From NCBI GenBank assembly GCA_963773035.1, contig CAVYZX010000004.1, forward strand, positions 210,135-274,134: a stretch of 64,000 nt of DNA, written 5' to 3'. The notes under the pieces were generated by a model that ran no database searches, was not told the DNA's origin, and saw nothing but the letters and a program-made list of their open reading frames with translations. This stretch comes from an uncultured Acidobacteriota bacterium (GTDB lineage: Bacteria > Acidobacteriota > Vicinamibacteria > Vicinamibacterales > CAVVIG01). Of the stretch, positions 36,665 through 46,141 are shown one piece after another (within the stretch, counting starts at the first letter, position 1; every line of letters begins with the position of its first letter). The translations under genes were made by a program, and so were the position numbers.

Positions 36665-38011
36665 TTATCGTCCCGCGCCGACGCTTTCCGCCTTCGCGCT
36701 GGCGGCAATCATCTCGACGACTTCCTTGTTCGGCGGCGCCTCCAGCTCGCGCGTCGTCGGAAGCGGTCCGCTGACCGTCACGTACGGAGCGCCCGCCACG
36801 AGGAGTTCCTCCGCCGGGAATCGCGTGATGACTTCGTGACCCGTCGGTGTGACGACGACTTCCTCTTCGATGCGCGCCGCGCTCCAGCCGTCGGTGGAGG
36901 GCCAGAAGGTTTCGAGCGCGAACACCATGCCGGGCTTGATCTCATGCGGATGATTGAGGGAGACGAGCCGACTGATCATCGGCTTCTCCCAGATGGCCAG
37001 GCCGATGCCGTGGCCCATCTGCAGCGCGAACGCCGCTTCTTCGCTCGGGAAGCCAAACTCCTGCGCTTTCGGCCAGACAGCGGCAATCTCGGACGTTGTA
37101 CGGCCTGGCCGCACGAGCTCGATGGCCGCGTCGAGATAATCGCGGCAGCGTTTGTAGGCGTCGTTCAACGCGCGCGAGGCGGAGCCGATCGCAAAACAGC
37201 GGTAGTAGCAGGTCCTGTACCCCATGTACGAGTGCAGGACGTCGTAGTAGACCGGGTCGCCGGGACGGAGCATCCGATCGGAGAAAACGTGCGGGTGCGG
37301 GCTGCAGCGCTCGCCGGAAATCGCGTTGACGCCTTCGACGTACTCCGAGCCGAGGTCGTACAGGACCTTCGCGACGAGCCCGACAGCCTCGTTTTCACGC
37401 ATCCCAGGCTTCATGGCCCTGTAGAGCTCGTGGTAGGCAGCGTCCACCATGCCCGCCGACTGAGTCAGCAACGAGATTTCGTCCTGGGTCTTGATCTCAC
37501 GGACATCCGACATCAGCTGTTGACCATCAACGATGGTCAAGCCTTCCTTCTGAAGCGCAAACAGCACCGGGAGCTCGACGACGTCGACTCCAACGGGTTC
37601 CTTGTGCAGGCCGCGCTTCTCGAGCTCCACTTTGATCTTTCGTGCGACGTCTTCGGAACGTCCCATCTCGGGGGTCATCGCGCCCCGCATCAAGGGAATG
37701 CCCGCCCGCGAGCGCTCGCCCAACCACGGACAATTCAATTGATGATGCCGGGCGGCCGATCCGAAGTCCCAGAGGATCGGCTCGTCTCCCTGCGGCAGGA
37801 GGGTGAAGCGGCTGATCTTGTCCTGGGCCCACGTGCCGATGTGCGTCGCGGTAATGTACCGGACGTTGTTCATGTCGAAGCACAGCACCGAGCCCATCTC
37901 GGACTTGGCCAGCAGTTCCTTGACGCGCGCCAGGCGCTCCCGACGCAGACGGTCGAAATCGATCCGCTGCTCCCAGTCGACCGCCATCGTTCCGAAGGTT
38001 CTGATTGCCAC
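36665..38011 (-). CDS. M24 family (creatinase/prolidase fold) protein
   Basis: Motifs GHGIGLAIWE, FALETF and IEEEVVVT. The GTG at 38011 is preceded by GAGGAGG with a 5-nt spacer. The longest ORF would start at 38059. Confidence 0.85.
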   Translation of the reverse strand: MAIRTFGTMAVDWEQRIDFDRLRRERLARVKELLAKSEMGSVLCFDMNNVRYITATHIGTWAQDKISRFTLLPQGDEPILWDFGSAARHHQLNCPWLGERSRAGIPLMRGAMTPEMGRSEDVARKIKVELEKRGLHKEPVGVDVVELPVLFALQKEGLTIVDGQQLMSDVREIKTQDEISLLTQSAGMVDAAYHELYRAMKPGMRENEAVGLVAKVLYDLGSEYVEGVNAISGERCSPHPHVFSDRMLRPGDPVYYDVLHSYMGYRTCYYRCFAIGSASRALNDAYKRCRDYLDAAIELVRPGRTTSEIAAVWPKAQEFGFPSEEAAFALQMGHGIGLAIWEKPMISRLVSLNHPHEIKPGMVFALETFWPSTDGWSAARIEEEVVVTPTGHEVITRFPAEELLVAGAPYVTVSGPLPTTRELEAPPNKEVVEMIAASAKAESVGAGR

Positions 38012-38062
38012 AACTGCCTCCTCACTTTCGAATTTGAGGATGTGAGAATTCGCTAACACCGT

Positions 38063-39076
38063 TTAGGTTCGTCCGCACAGTTTCTTCGCCAGATCGACCA
38101 CCTGGCGCTCCGAAGGGACGGTCGCGTCTTCGAGGGTTGGCGAGAACGGGATCGGCACGTGCATCGCCGTCAACCGCGTCACCGGAGCATCGAGGTTATA
38201 GAACGCGCCTTGAGCGACGACCGCCGCCAGCTCCGCCGAAACGCCGTACCGCCCGTACCCTTCGTCCATGACGATGCAGCGTGACGTCTTCTTGACGGAT
38301 TCGATGAGCGTCTGCTCGTCGAGCGGCCATGTGGTCCGCGGGTCGACGACCTCCGCGCTGATCCCGATCTCTTCCAGCATGCCCGCTGCCCCGAGCGCCG
38401 TCTGAACCATGCTGCTGGTCGCAATAATCGAGATGTCGCGGCCTTCGCGCTTCACGTCAGCCACGCCCAGCGGGATGACGTACTCCTCGGTCGGGACCGG
38501 CCCCTTCACCTTCGAATAACTGATCTTGTCCTCGAAGAACACGACCGGATTGTCATCCCGAATCGCCGTCTTCATTAGGCCTTTGGCGTCGTAGGGTGTC
38601 GAAGGCACGACCACCTTCAAACCCGGGATATGGCTCGGCCAGGCGTGCAGCGATTGCGAATGCTGCGCGGCCGACCGCCGGGTGGCGCCCATCGTCGCGC
38701 GGATGACGAGGGGTACTTTCCACTTGCCGCCGGACATGTAATGGATCTTCGCGGCCTGGTTGACCAGCTGGTCCATGATCAGGGTCAAGAAGTCGCCGAA
38801 CATGATGTCGACGATCGGCCGCATGCCCGTCATCGCCGCACCGACACCGATGCCGGTGAACCCCGCTTCCGAGATCGGCGTGTCGATAATCCGGTCCTTG
38901 CCGAATTCTTCGACCAGCCCCTTGAGTACCTTGAACGTGGTGCCGGCTTCGGCGACGTCCTCGCCCATCAGGACGACCGTGGGATCGCGACGCATTTCTT
39001 CGGCAATGGCTTCTCGCACCGCGTCGCCGAAGCCGATGTCGCCGCGAACCGTTGGAGCAGTCTGCGTATCAAGCAT
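38063..39076 (-). CDS. 2-oxoacid dehydrogenase E1 component beta subunit
   Basis: Transketolase-like pyrimidine-binding and C-terminal domains. Overlaps the E1 alpha stop by 8 nt. Confidence 0.95.
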   Translation of the reverse strand: MLDTQTAPTVRGDIGFGDAVREAIAEEMRRDPTVVLMGEDVAEAGTTFKVLKGLVEEFGKDRIIDTPISEAGFTGIGVGAAMTGMRPIVDIMFGDFLTLIMDQLVNQAAKIHYMSGGKWKVPLVIRATMGATRRSAAQHSQSLHAWPSHIPGLKVVVPSTPYDAKGLMKTAIRDDNPVVFFEDKISYSKVKGPVPTEEYVIPLGVADVKREGRDISIIATSSMVQTALGAAGMLEEIGISAEVVDPRTTWPLDEQTLIESVKKTSRCIVMDEGYGRYGVSAELAAVVAQGAFYNLDAPVTRLTAMHVPIPFSPTLEDATVPSERQVVDLAKKLCGRT

Positions 39077-40076
39077 AAATATCCTGATTCACTTCTTCAG
39101 GGTTCGGATATGGGGCCGAGACCGCGAATTCGACCGCGGTGTCCATTTCCGCCGTCAATTCGGTCCCGATCTTTTCGAGCGTACCCGCCGTAGCCAGCCC
39201 TTCTTTCGCCAGCCAATCGCTGAGAATCTTGATCGGATCGCGATCGCTCACCCACTGTTGCTCTTCTGCTTTCGGACGGTAATACGTGCGTGCGATGTCT
39301 CCGACGTGATGACCGTGGTACCGGTAGGTATTCAGCAACATGAACGCCGGTCCACCGCCTTCGCGCGCACGGGCGATGAGCGGCGCGGCCGCTGAGTAGA
39401 CGGCGCGGACATCCTGACCATCGACCTCCACCGCCTTCAGTCCAAAAGCGACCGGCCGGGCAAGAATCTCACCGGCCGTGGTCTCGGAATAGTGGGTGTA
39501 CTCGTTGTACATGTTGTTTTCGCATGCGAAGATGATCGGCAGCTTCCAGAGCTGTGCGAGGTTCATCTCCTCGTACAGGATGCCCTGATTGAGCGCGCCT
39601 TCCCCGAAGAAGCACACGGTCACACGCTTATTGCCGAGATACTTCGACGCGTACGCGGCGCCGGTCGCCAGGCCTGCGCTGCCGCACACAATCGCGTTGG
39701 CGCCGAGATTTCCCGTCTCAGGGTCGGCGATGTGCATCGAGCCGCCCTTGCCTTTGCAGTAACCCGCTTCCTTGCCGAGAAGCTCCGCAAACATGCGATC
39801 GGGGGCGGCGCCCTTCGCCAGGCAGTGCCCGTGACCGCGATGCGTGCTCGTAATGTAGTCGTCGCGATTCAGCAACTCACAGATGCCGACGGCAATCGCT
39901 TCTTCGCCGATGTAGAGATGGGCGAGTCCCGGCATCAACGCTCGGGTATACAGATCGTTGACCCGCTCTTCGAACAAGCGAATCGCGACCATCTGCCGGT
40001 ACATATGCAGCAGATTCTCGAGAGGAACCGGCCCGATTCCACTGCTGGATGCTTGCTTGTTGGTGGCCACACTCAT
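39069..40076 (-). CDS. 2-oxoacid dehydrogenase E1 component alpha subunit (TPP-dependent)
   Basis: TPP-binding GDGALNQG-like motif (FGEGALNQG) and HRGHGH. ATGA overlap with the upstream gene. Confidence 0.95.
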   Translation of the reverse strand: MSVATNKQASSSGIGPVPLENLLHMYRQMVAIRLFEERVNDLYTRALMPGLAHLYIGEEAIAVGICELLNRDDYITSTHRGHGHCLAKGAAPDRMFAELLGKEAGYCKGKGGSMHIADPETGNLGANAIVCGSAGLATGAAYASKYLGNKRVTVCFFGEGALNQGILYEEMNLAQLWKLPIIFACENNMYNEYTHYSETTAGEILARPVAFGLKAVEVDGQDVRAVYSAAAPLIARAREGGGPAFMLLNTYRYHGHHVGDIARTYYRPKAEEQQWVSDRDPIKILSDWLAKEGLATAGTLEKIGTELTAEMDTAVEFAVSAPYPNPEEVNQDIYA

Positions 40077-40954
40077 TTCTGTACTCCTGCCATACGGGCG
40101 AGCACGTCGAAAACGGTCGCGAAATCCCGCTTCGCCAGGCCCATGCCTCGAGCCGCCGTCAGCATCTCGTTGCCGATGGCGGTCGTCGGCAGCGGGACGT
40201 CGAGCTGCCGGCCCATTTCAAGGGCGAGCTGCATGTCCTTCTGCATCATGTTGACATCGAACCACGCTTCTTCGGGCATGTTGAGGACGAAAGGCCCCCG
40301 GTACTGCACCATCGGCGAGGCAATTACGCTGTGAGTCAGCACGTCCACGGCCACTTCGCGCGCGATGCCGCTTTTTTCTGCGAGCAGCACGCTCTCGGAA
40401 AAGGAGAGCATCTGAGCCATGAGGCTCAGGTTGGTCGCAATCTTCATCGAGAGCGCGAGACCGTTGTCGCCGACATGCGTCACCTTCGGACCCACATCGT
40501 CGAGCAGTGGCTTCACGCGATCGAACGTCGCTGCCTTCCCACCGACCATCACCGACAGCTTGCCCTGCTGGAGCGTAATGACGCTGCCCGACACCGGCGC
40601 GTCCACCATGTCGGCGCCCTTCTCGCGCACCTTGGCAGCGAGATTCCGGCTGACAGCCGGGCTGACCGTGCTCATGTCGATGATCAGCTTGCCTGCACCG
40701 AGGCCGGCCAGCAAGCCATCGGGACCATTCGCCACCGCCTCGAGGGCGGCAGAGTTCGTCACCATGACGAACGTGGTGTCCGCCGCTTCGGCAACCGAGC
40801 GCGGGGAATCTGCCCACTTCATCCCCTTGTCGATCAGCCACTGCGCTTTCGATTTCGTGCGGTTGTAGCCGGTGACGGTATGCCCTTTGGTCAGGAACCG
40901 GTCAGCCATCTGGCCGCCCATGACGCCCAGACCAACGTATCCAAGATTCGCCAT
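40073..40954 (-). CDS. NAD(P)-dependent 3-hydroxyisobutyrate/2-hydroxy-3-oxopropionate reductase-type oxidoreductase
   Basis: N-terminal GYVGLGVMGGQMA Rossmann motif and a 6-phosphogluconate dehydrogenase-like C-terminal domain. Confidence 0.9.
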   Translation of the reverse strand: MANLGYVGLGVMGGQMADRFLTKGHTVTGYNRTKSKAQWLIDKGMKWADSPRSVAEAADTTFVMVTNSAALEAVANGPDGLLAGLGAGKLIIDMSTVSPAVSRNLAAKVREKGADMVDAPVSGSVITLQQGKLSVMVGGKAATFDRVKPLLDDVGPKVTHVGDNGLALSMKIATNLSLMAQMLSFSESVLLAEKSGIAREVAVDVLTHSVIASPMVQYRGPFVLNMPEEAWFDVNMMQKDMQLALEMGRQLDVPLPTTAIGNEMLTAARGMGLAKRDFATVFDVLARMAGVQK

Positions 40955-41010
40955 TGTGTGCAGTAGACCGGGCTCAGCGAAAGCGTGGCCGGCGACCTTT
41001 TAGTTTACTT

Positions 41011-41132
41011 CAGGAAGGAAACGGGGCAGGAAGGGCGGCGCGGACAGTGATGGGCGGGACGGGCAGGATGGGCGGGAGGGGCGGGAGGGGCGGGATGGGC
41101 AGGAAATTGGAAAGCTCCTGCCTCTCCCGCCT
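41011..41132. repeat. G-rich copy of the 9-nt-period repeat family with a short complementary C-rich arm
   Basis: gggcaggatgggcgggaggggcgggaggggcgggatgggcagg lies on the plus strand. The C-rich arm ctcctgcctctcccgcc lies at 41116-41132. Confidence 0.8.
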
Positions 41133-41140
41133 TCGATCTT

Positions 41141-42121
41141 CTAAGAAGCCGCCGGCGCAGGCTCCCCTGCCGCGACCACCTTGGCCTTGTTCTTCGCCAG
41201 CCACTGGTCGAACGACATCAACGACGGGGCAAGAGACCGGGTGACGTCGACGCTGCGCACCGCCGAGAACGGCCCCTCGAACTCGTCATAGATCTGGAAC
41301 ATGTTGCCCAAGTCGTCCGCACCGGGGAATCCGAATCCCCGGTAGGTGTCGGCACTGACAGCGTTGTAGGCGACCTTCGCGCCGAGACCTTTGCTCGTTT
41401 TCTCGGCCATTTGCTCGCCTGTGAGGAACTCGCCGACGATGCCGACTCTCTTGCCGACGTACTCACTGCCCTTCTTGAAGATGCCGTAAGCAGCCTTGCC
41501 GATATCCTCGGCGGCGATGCCCGCCATCTTGGCTTTGCCGATCGGGAACGTCAGCGTGTACGAGCCGTCGGATCCCTTCTTCGGGCCCATACCGAACATG
41601 TAGAAGTTGTCCCAGTAGAACGAGGTCAACAGAAAGGTCACCGGCAGGCCGAGGTCCGTGAAGATGTGATCGATCCCGCCCTTGCTGTCGAAGTGGGGAC
41701 AACGATATTTTTCCTGAAGAATCGGCATCTTCTTCGTGCCCTCGCTGAGGGGAATCCACTTCAGCGTGTCTTCCAGTGTCGACCAGATGACGTGCTTGAC
41801 GTTCGCCGTCTTGGCTGCACGAGCGATGTTGGTCGCCTGTTGCTGCTCCTTGTCCACCGAAAAGAGCTGCCAATAGTTGGTCACGCCGTAAACGCCGGAG
41901 GCGCCGGCAAATGCCTTGGCCAGGCTTGCCTCGTTGTCGAGATCGGCCTGAACCACCTCAGCTCCCTGTTTGGCGAGCGCCTTGGCTTTGTCGGTATTGA
42001 CGTCTCTCGTGATCGCCCGCACGGCGAATCCACCGTTCGGATCGTTGAGGATCGCCTGCGCGAGCCCGCCGCCTTGCGATCCTGTCGCTCCCACCACTGC
42101 AATGATCTTCTTGTCAGCCAT
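41141..42121 (-). CDS. NmrA family NAD(P)-binding protein
   Basis: The internal ATG gives MADKKIIAVVGATGSQGG, a Rossmann start. NmrA-like length. Confidence 0.85.
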   Translation of the reverse strand: MADKKIIAVVGATGSQGGGLAQAILNDPNGGFAVRAITRDVNTDKAKALAKQGAEVVQADLDNEASLAKAFAGASGVYGVTNYWQLFSVDKEQQQATNIARAAKTANVKHVIWSTLEDTLKWIPLSEGTKKMPILQEKYRCPHFDSKGGIDHIFTDLGLPVTFLLTSFYWDNFYMFGMGPKKGSDGSYTLTFPIGKAKMAGIAAEDIGKAAYGIFKKGSEYVGKRVGIVGEFLTGEQMAEKTSKGLGAKVAYNAVSADTYRGFGFPGADDLGNMFQIYDEFEGPFSAVRSVDVTRSLAPSLMSFDQWLAKNKAKVVAAGEPAPAAS

Positions 42122-42146
42122 GTTCGTCCCCTGTCTATTCGTTTTT

Positions 42147-43256
42147 CTACTTGCCGCCAACTTCCTTGCGGACGATCTGCGCCGCTTCGGTCAGCGCGTG
42201 AAGCTTCATCTTCGCGACCATCCGCGCCAGCGGCTTCATGCCGCAGTCGGAGCTCAAGGTCACCTTCTCGGGCGGGACGTGCTTGATGACTCTCCGAATC
42301 CGGTCGGCGATCTTCTGCGGCGTCTCGATCGCCGCCGTGCGGATGTCCAGGACGCCGACCTGCAATCCTGTGTCCTTCGGCAGGTTCTTCATGAAATCGA
42401 TCCCCGCCATGTCACGGTTGGCGTAGTCGAGCACGAACTCGTCGATGCCGGCCGTGCCGAAGAAATGCGGCAGCACCGTCTGATAACCGTCCGGAAAGCT
42501 GGCGCTCAGAATGTCGTTGCCCCAGGCGTTGCCGAAGCAGAAGTGCCAGCCGATTTTCGCGTTCACGCCGTCGCAGCATCGCTCGACCGACTCGCGAATC
42601 CACTTGTAGTCGTCCTTGTTGCCGCTGAAAAGCGGCCACCACGCGCCCAGATCTTCGAACTGCAGATAGGTCGCCCCGGCGGCCACGAGGTCCTTCATCT
42701 CCTGGTTGAAGATGGGGCACAGCGCCATCGTGAGGTCCTTGGCGTCCTTGTAGTGATTGAAGTAGGCGTGCCACGCGAGATTGGCGGGGCCGGCGCCGAC
42801 CGACACCTTCACGGGCACGTTTGCGTGTCGCTTGGCGATCTTGTAGAGATCGGCGAGCCGGATGGGGCCGCGCGTCACCGGACCGCTGTTGATGACGCCG
42901 CCCCAGTCGTCCATGATCTCGCCGCCTTGCGTCTTTTCTTTATCGACGGTGCTGGGATGCTGCTCGCGCGCCGGGTCGAATCCGCCGATGCGCTCGTACA
43001 TGTACCAGCAGAACGATCCGATCACGCCGACGTAGTCGTCGTACCACATGTTGCCGTCGGTCACGATGTCGAGCCCCGCTTCTTCCTGATCGCGGACGAC
43101 CGTGGCCACGGCGTCGTTGTACGCCTCTTCGTGCTGGACTTCTTTGAAAGCGACTCGGATGTCCCGTCCAAGCAGCTGATGCTTGAACCAGTGCGGCCGC
43201 GGATACGACCCGACCATAGTGGTAGGAAGCAGAGTGTCGACGATCTTCGTGGCCAT
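42147..43256 (-). CDS. MetE C-terminal-domain-like (cobalamin-independent methionine synthase family) protein
   Basis: N-terminal TTMVGSYPRP. Candidate Zn-ligand motifs WHFCFGN and SSDCGMK. Confidence 0.8.
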   Translation of the reverse strand: MATKIVDTLLPTTMVGSYPRPHWFKHQLLGRDIRVAFKEVQHEEAYNDAVATVVRDQEEAGLDIVTDGNMWYDDYVGVIGSFCWYMYERIGGFDPAREQHPSTVDKEKTQGGEIMDDWGGVINSGPVTRGPIRLADLYKIAKRHANVPVKVSVGAGPANLAWHAYFNHYKDAKDLTMALCPIFNQEMKDLVAAGATYLQFEDLGAWWPLFSGNKDDYKWIRESVERCCDGVNAKIGWHFCFGNAWGNDILSASFPDGYQTVLPHFFGTAGIDEFVLDYANRDMAGIDFMKNLPKDTGLQVGVLDIRTAAIETPQKIADRIRRVIKHVPPEKVTLSSDCGMKPLARMVAKMKLHALTEAAQIVRKEVGGK

Positions 43257-43432
43257 GTAATCCTCTATCGAGTTAGGTGTGTCGGTGGCCAGCAGTTGGC
43301 GGCCGGGCGTCGTTCCGAGACGCGTGCGGGCACTGGCTGGGCGGCGTTGCTGCCGAAACCGAGGGATGCTACCGCAAGCGGAATGAAGGCGTCAACGTAC
43401 GTAGCGCTCCGCCCACACCCCCGCAGGTCGTT

Positions 43433-44794
43433 TCAGTGAGCCGCTACGACCGCCACCTCAGCACTCGACGGCTTCATGACCCAACGCAGGGCAAACATCG
43501 CGAGGGCCGAAATCAAGGCTGGAATCGCTGCCGTAAGGAAGATCTCCTGTACCGACCAGTTCAGACTCAGAAAGTAACCGACGAGCCAGGGTCCGATGAT
43601 GCCGCCTGCCCGGCCGACGCCAAGACCCCAGCCAATCCCCGTGGAACGCACGGAAGTCGGATAGTAGAGGGCCGCCATCGAGTTGATCATCGGCTGTCCG
43701 CCGACGATGCAGACTCCTGCGACGAAGACCACGGTAAAGAGCAGCCAGAGTCCGACGCCGGGCTGCCCGATTGCCGCGATGCTGAGGCACGCGACTAGAA
43801 AACACGTGGTCAGCACGGGAATGAAACCGAGGCGGCCGATGACCCACGTCAACCAGAACGTGCCCAACGTCCCACCGACCTGCAGCGCTGTGCCGACCCA
43901 GACACCGGTCTGCGCCGAATAGCCCAACTGCGTGATCACGGTTGGGAGCCAGCCCGCCAACAGATACAAGTTGTAGATGTTCATGAAGTTGATCACCCAC
44001 AGCAGGATCGTCGTCTTGGCGCGCCCTTCGCTGAAGAGATGCTTGGCGGGAACGCCTGCCTTACTTTCTTCGTCGAGCACGAACTGCGTGGCGGCACCGA
44101 TTGGCGCGGTGGGTTCGATCTGCTTCAGCCAGCGCCCGACCTTATCGAGGTTGCGGCGCTTCAGGACCAGAAACTGCAGCGACTCGGGAAGCCAGAAAAA
44201 CATCAACACCGCGATGACCAACGGCGTTAGACCACCGAAATAGAACACCGATCGCCAGCCGAAGGCGGGAATGAGCCACGCGGACACGAAGCCGGCCACG
44301 GCCGCGCCAGCGGTAAAACCAACCGAAATACACGCCATGAACGCCACGCGCAAACGAGCCGGACTGTATTCGCCAATCAGCGCCGTCGCGTTTGGAATGA
44401 TGCAGCCGAGACCGATCCCGGCAACGAATCGGATCAGTGTCAGCTCGGCAACCGTCGTCACACGCGAGGTCAGCAGAGTCAGCGCCGAAAAAAAGATCGT
44501 CGCGCCAATCAACACCGGGCGACGGCCGATCTTGTCGGCAACCATCGTGAAGACGAGCGAGCCGACCATCACGCCGAAGTTCCCGGCCGCGAGCACATTC
44601 CCGAGCGCGGATCGAGGGACTTGCCACTCCTGAAAGATCGTCGGTGCGACGTACCCGACGACTTGAACGTCGAAGCCATCGAGAATCAGACACATGGCGC
44701 AAAGAATGAACAGGCCCACCTGGAGCGGGCCAACCTTCGCGTTGTCGATGACGTCGGAGACCTTGATCGGCTTGTCCGGCATGCTTGGTGCCAT
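43433..44794 (-). CDS. MFS transporter, aromatic acid:H+ symporter (AAHS, PcaK/MhpT-like)
   Basis: The N-terminal LCAMCLILDGFDVQVVGYVAP and DKIGRRPVL motifs are typical of AAHS transporters. Confidence 0.9.
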   Translation of the reverse strand: MAPSMPDKPIKVSDVIDNAKVGPLQVGLFILCAMCLILDGFDVQVVGYVAPTIFQEWQVPRSALGNVLAAGNFGVMVGSLVFTMVADKIGRRPVLIGATIFFSALTLLTSRVTTVAELTLIRFVAGIGLGCIIPNATALIGEYSPARLRVAFMACISVGFTAGAAVAGFVSAWLIPAFGWRSVFYFGGLTPLVIAVLMFFWLPESLQFLVLKRRNLDKVGRWLKQIEPTAPIGAATQFVLDEESKAGVPAKHLFSEGRAKTTILLWVINFMNIYNLYLLAGWLPTVITQLGYSAQTGVWVGTALQVGGTLGTFWLTWVIGRLGFIPVLTTCFLVACLSIAAIGQPGVGLWLLFTVVFVAGVCIVGGQPMINSMAALYYPTSVRSTGIGWGLGVGRAGGIIGPWLVGYFLSLNWSVQEIFLTAAIPALISALAMFALRWVMKPSSAEVAVVAAH

Positions 44795-44800
44795 CTTTTC

Positions 44801-45877
44801 TTATTTCTCGCGGGGCCCCACCCCCACTCGCTGGCTGAACTTCGCTCGTTCCTCGGCCTCGAGCGTAGACTCTCGGCCTCGGGCAACTCGAATCGAATCA
44901 AACCACGGACACGTACCTGGCGCGAGCGTGTAGTTGCCGTCGATCACCTGCACCGGCTCGCGCAGACCTTCGTCCGCCGCGCGAAGGCGAAGCTCGCGTG
45001 CTTCAGCCCGCCGCTCGGGAGTCAGCCAGGAGCGATCGTGACCCCATAAGCTCGGACCGCAGGTCATTTCAACGGGCGTGTGAGCGGCCGGATCGATCGA
45101 CCGGCCTCCCCACCCATACTCGACGAAAAATCCCGAGGGCGTGTGCGCGTAGAACGAAGTCATGAAATCGTTGGAGTGTCTTCCGAGCGTCGTCGCGATG
45201 CGCCCTGGATCCCCCAACGCCAGATCGTAGGCTTGCCCCACATCGTCGAGCATGAACAGCTCGACCATCACGTGATGCACGCTGTTCGTCCCCGTTTCAA
45301 TCACGGCGAAGCTGTGATGACGAGGGTTCAGATGGAAAAAGTACGCTTTGAAAGGCCGCAGCGTGTAGTCGCTGAGCCGGAAACCAAGAAGGTCCTGATA
45401 GAACGGCAGCACCTGATCGATTCGCTCGACGTTCATCACGAGATGGCCCATCCCGAGCGGTCCAGTGCGAAATCCGGAAATGGCGCGCCCCGGCTGAAAG
45501 GCATCAGACGCAATCTCCGGACTGTGGAAGGCTTCGAGCACGTTCCCAGCAGGATCGTCAAAACGAATCCCGTCTCTGACTCGCCGTTGGTCGGCGAGGC
45601 CGCGCTGAAAACGCTGAACGCCGACACCGGCAGCCTCGAGGCGCGCGGCCAGCGCATCCAGAGCTCCACCATCGGCCACTTCCCATCCGAAGAACGCCGC
45701 GCCTTCTCCGCCATCGGCATGGATCACGACCCGCTGCCGCCGATCGTCCATCCGGAACGTCAGCGTGGACGAGGTGCGATCGACGAGCTGCATGCCCAGG
45801 AACTTGGTGCCAAACGTCGCCCAGTCGTCGGCACTGCGCGCCCTGATTCCAACGTAGCCGAGCGATTGCAGTTCCAT
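44801..45877 (-). CDS. type I extradiol ring-cleavage dioxygenase (VOC superfamily, BphC/catechol 2,3-dioxygenase-like)
   Basis: Two VOC modules, with motifs GMGHLVMNV, HHSFAV and FFVEYGWGG. The C-terminal tail after LWGH is about 70 aa longer than usual and reads through a repeat element. Confidence 0.85.
   Translation of the reverse strand: MELQSLGYVGIRARSADDWATFGTKFLGMQLVDRTSSTLTFRMDDRRQRVVIHADGGEGAAFFGWEVADGGALDALAARLEAAGVGVQRFQRGLADQRRVRDGIRFDDPAGNVLEAFHSPEIASDAFQPGRAISGFRTGPLGMGHLVMNVERIDQVLPFYQDLLGFRLSDYTLRPFKAYFFHLNPRHHSFAVIETGTNSVHHVMVELFMLDDVGQAYDLALGDPGRIATTLGRHSNDFMTSFYAHTPSGFFVEYGWGGRSIDPAAHTPVEMTCGPSLWGHDRSWLTPERRAEARELRLRAADEGLREPVQVIDGNYTLAPGTCPWFDSIRVARGRESTLEAEERAKFSQRVGVGPREK
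44812..44882. repeat. 71-nt conserved element, copy A
   Basis: Near-identical to 53141-53211 in the same orientation. The 35 nt at the high-coordinate end are identical, as is the GGGGCCCCACCCCCAC block. Lies 17 nt upstream of the MFS start codon on the minus strand. Confidence 0.65.
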
Positions 45878-45923
45878 GGCCCTTGCTTCTGTCCTCTTTT
45901 TTCACTGGCGGCGGGGCCCTCCA

Positions 45924-45987
45924 GCCTTCGCTCGGGTCCAATCCTCCCGAGCTACGGCGGACCCGCCGTAGCCTTGGCGAAGGCGGG
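45924..45987. repeat. nested-palindrome REP-like element
   Basis: The outer stem gccttcgc/gcgaaggc encloses the inner stem gctacggcgg/ccgccgtagc. Confidence 0.6.
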
Positions 45988-46060
45988 CACCCCCGCCGCG
46001 AACTAACGCCGATGCCTCGCCTCGGATTCCCATGTCCTCGGCTCGGCATGGCCGCAGGCG

Positions 46061-46133
46061 CTCCCTTCCAGCCCCTCCTGCCCTCCCTGCCTTTCCTGCC
46101 TTTCCCGCCTTTCCCGCCTTTCCCGCCCTCCAG
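46061..46133. repeat. C-rich copy of the 9-nt-period repeat family
   Basis: ctcccttccagcccctcctgccctccctgcctttcctgcctttcccgcctttcccgcctttcccgccc. Confidence 0.8.
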
Positions 46134-46141
46134 CCAGTATC

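Noticed and set aside
43257-43432. Riboswitch or leader upstream of the MetE-like gene (SAM or cobalamin type)
   Set aside because: I could recognise no conserved riboswitch core sequences or convincing multi-stem structure by eye. A covariance-model scan would be needed.
44801-45010. Hidden frameshift as the explanation for the 70-aa C-terminal extension of the extradiol dioxygenase
   Set aside because: Alternative frames give quick stops but no recognisably better C-terminus. I cannot distinguish an indel from genuine read-through without ortholog alignment.
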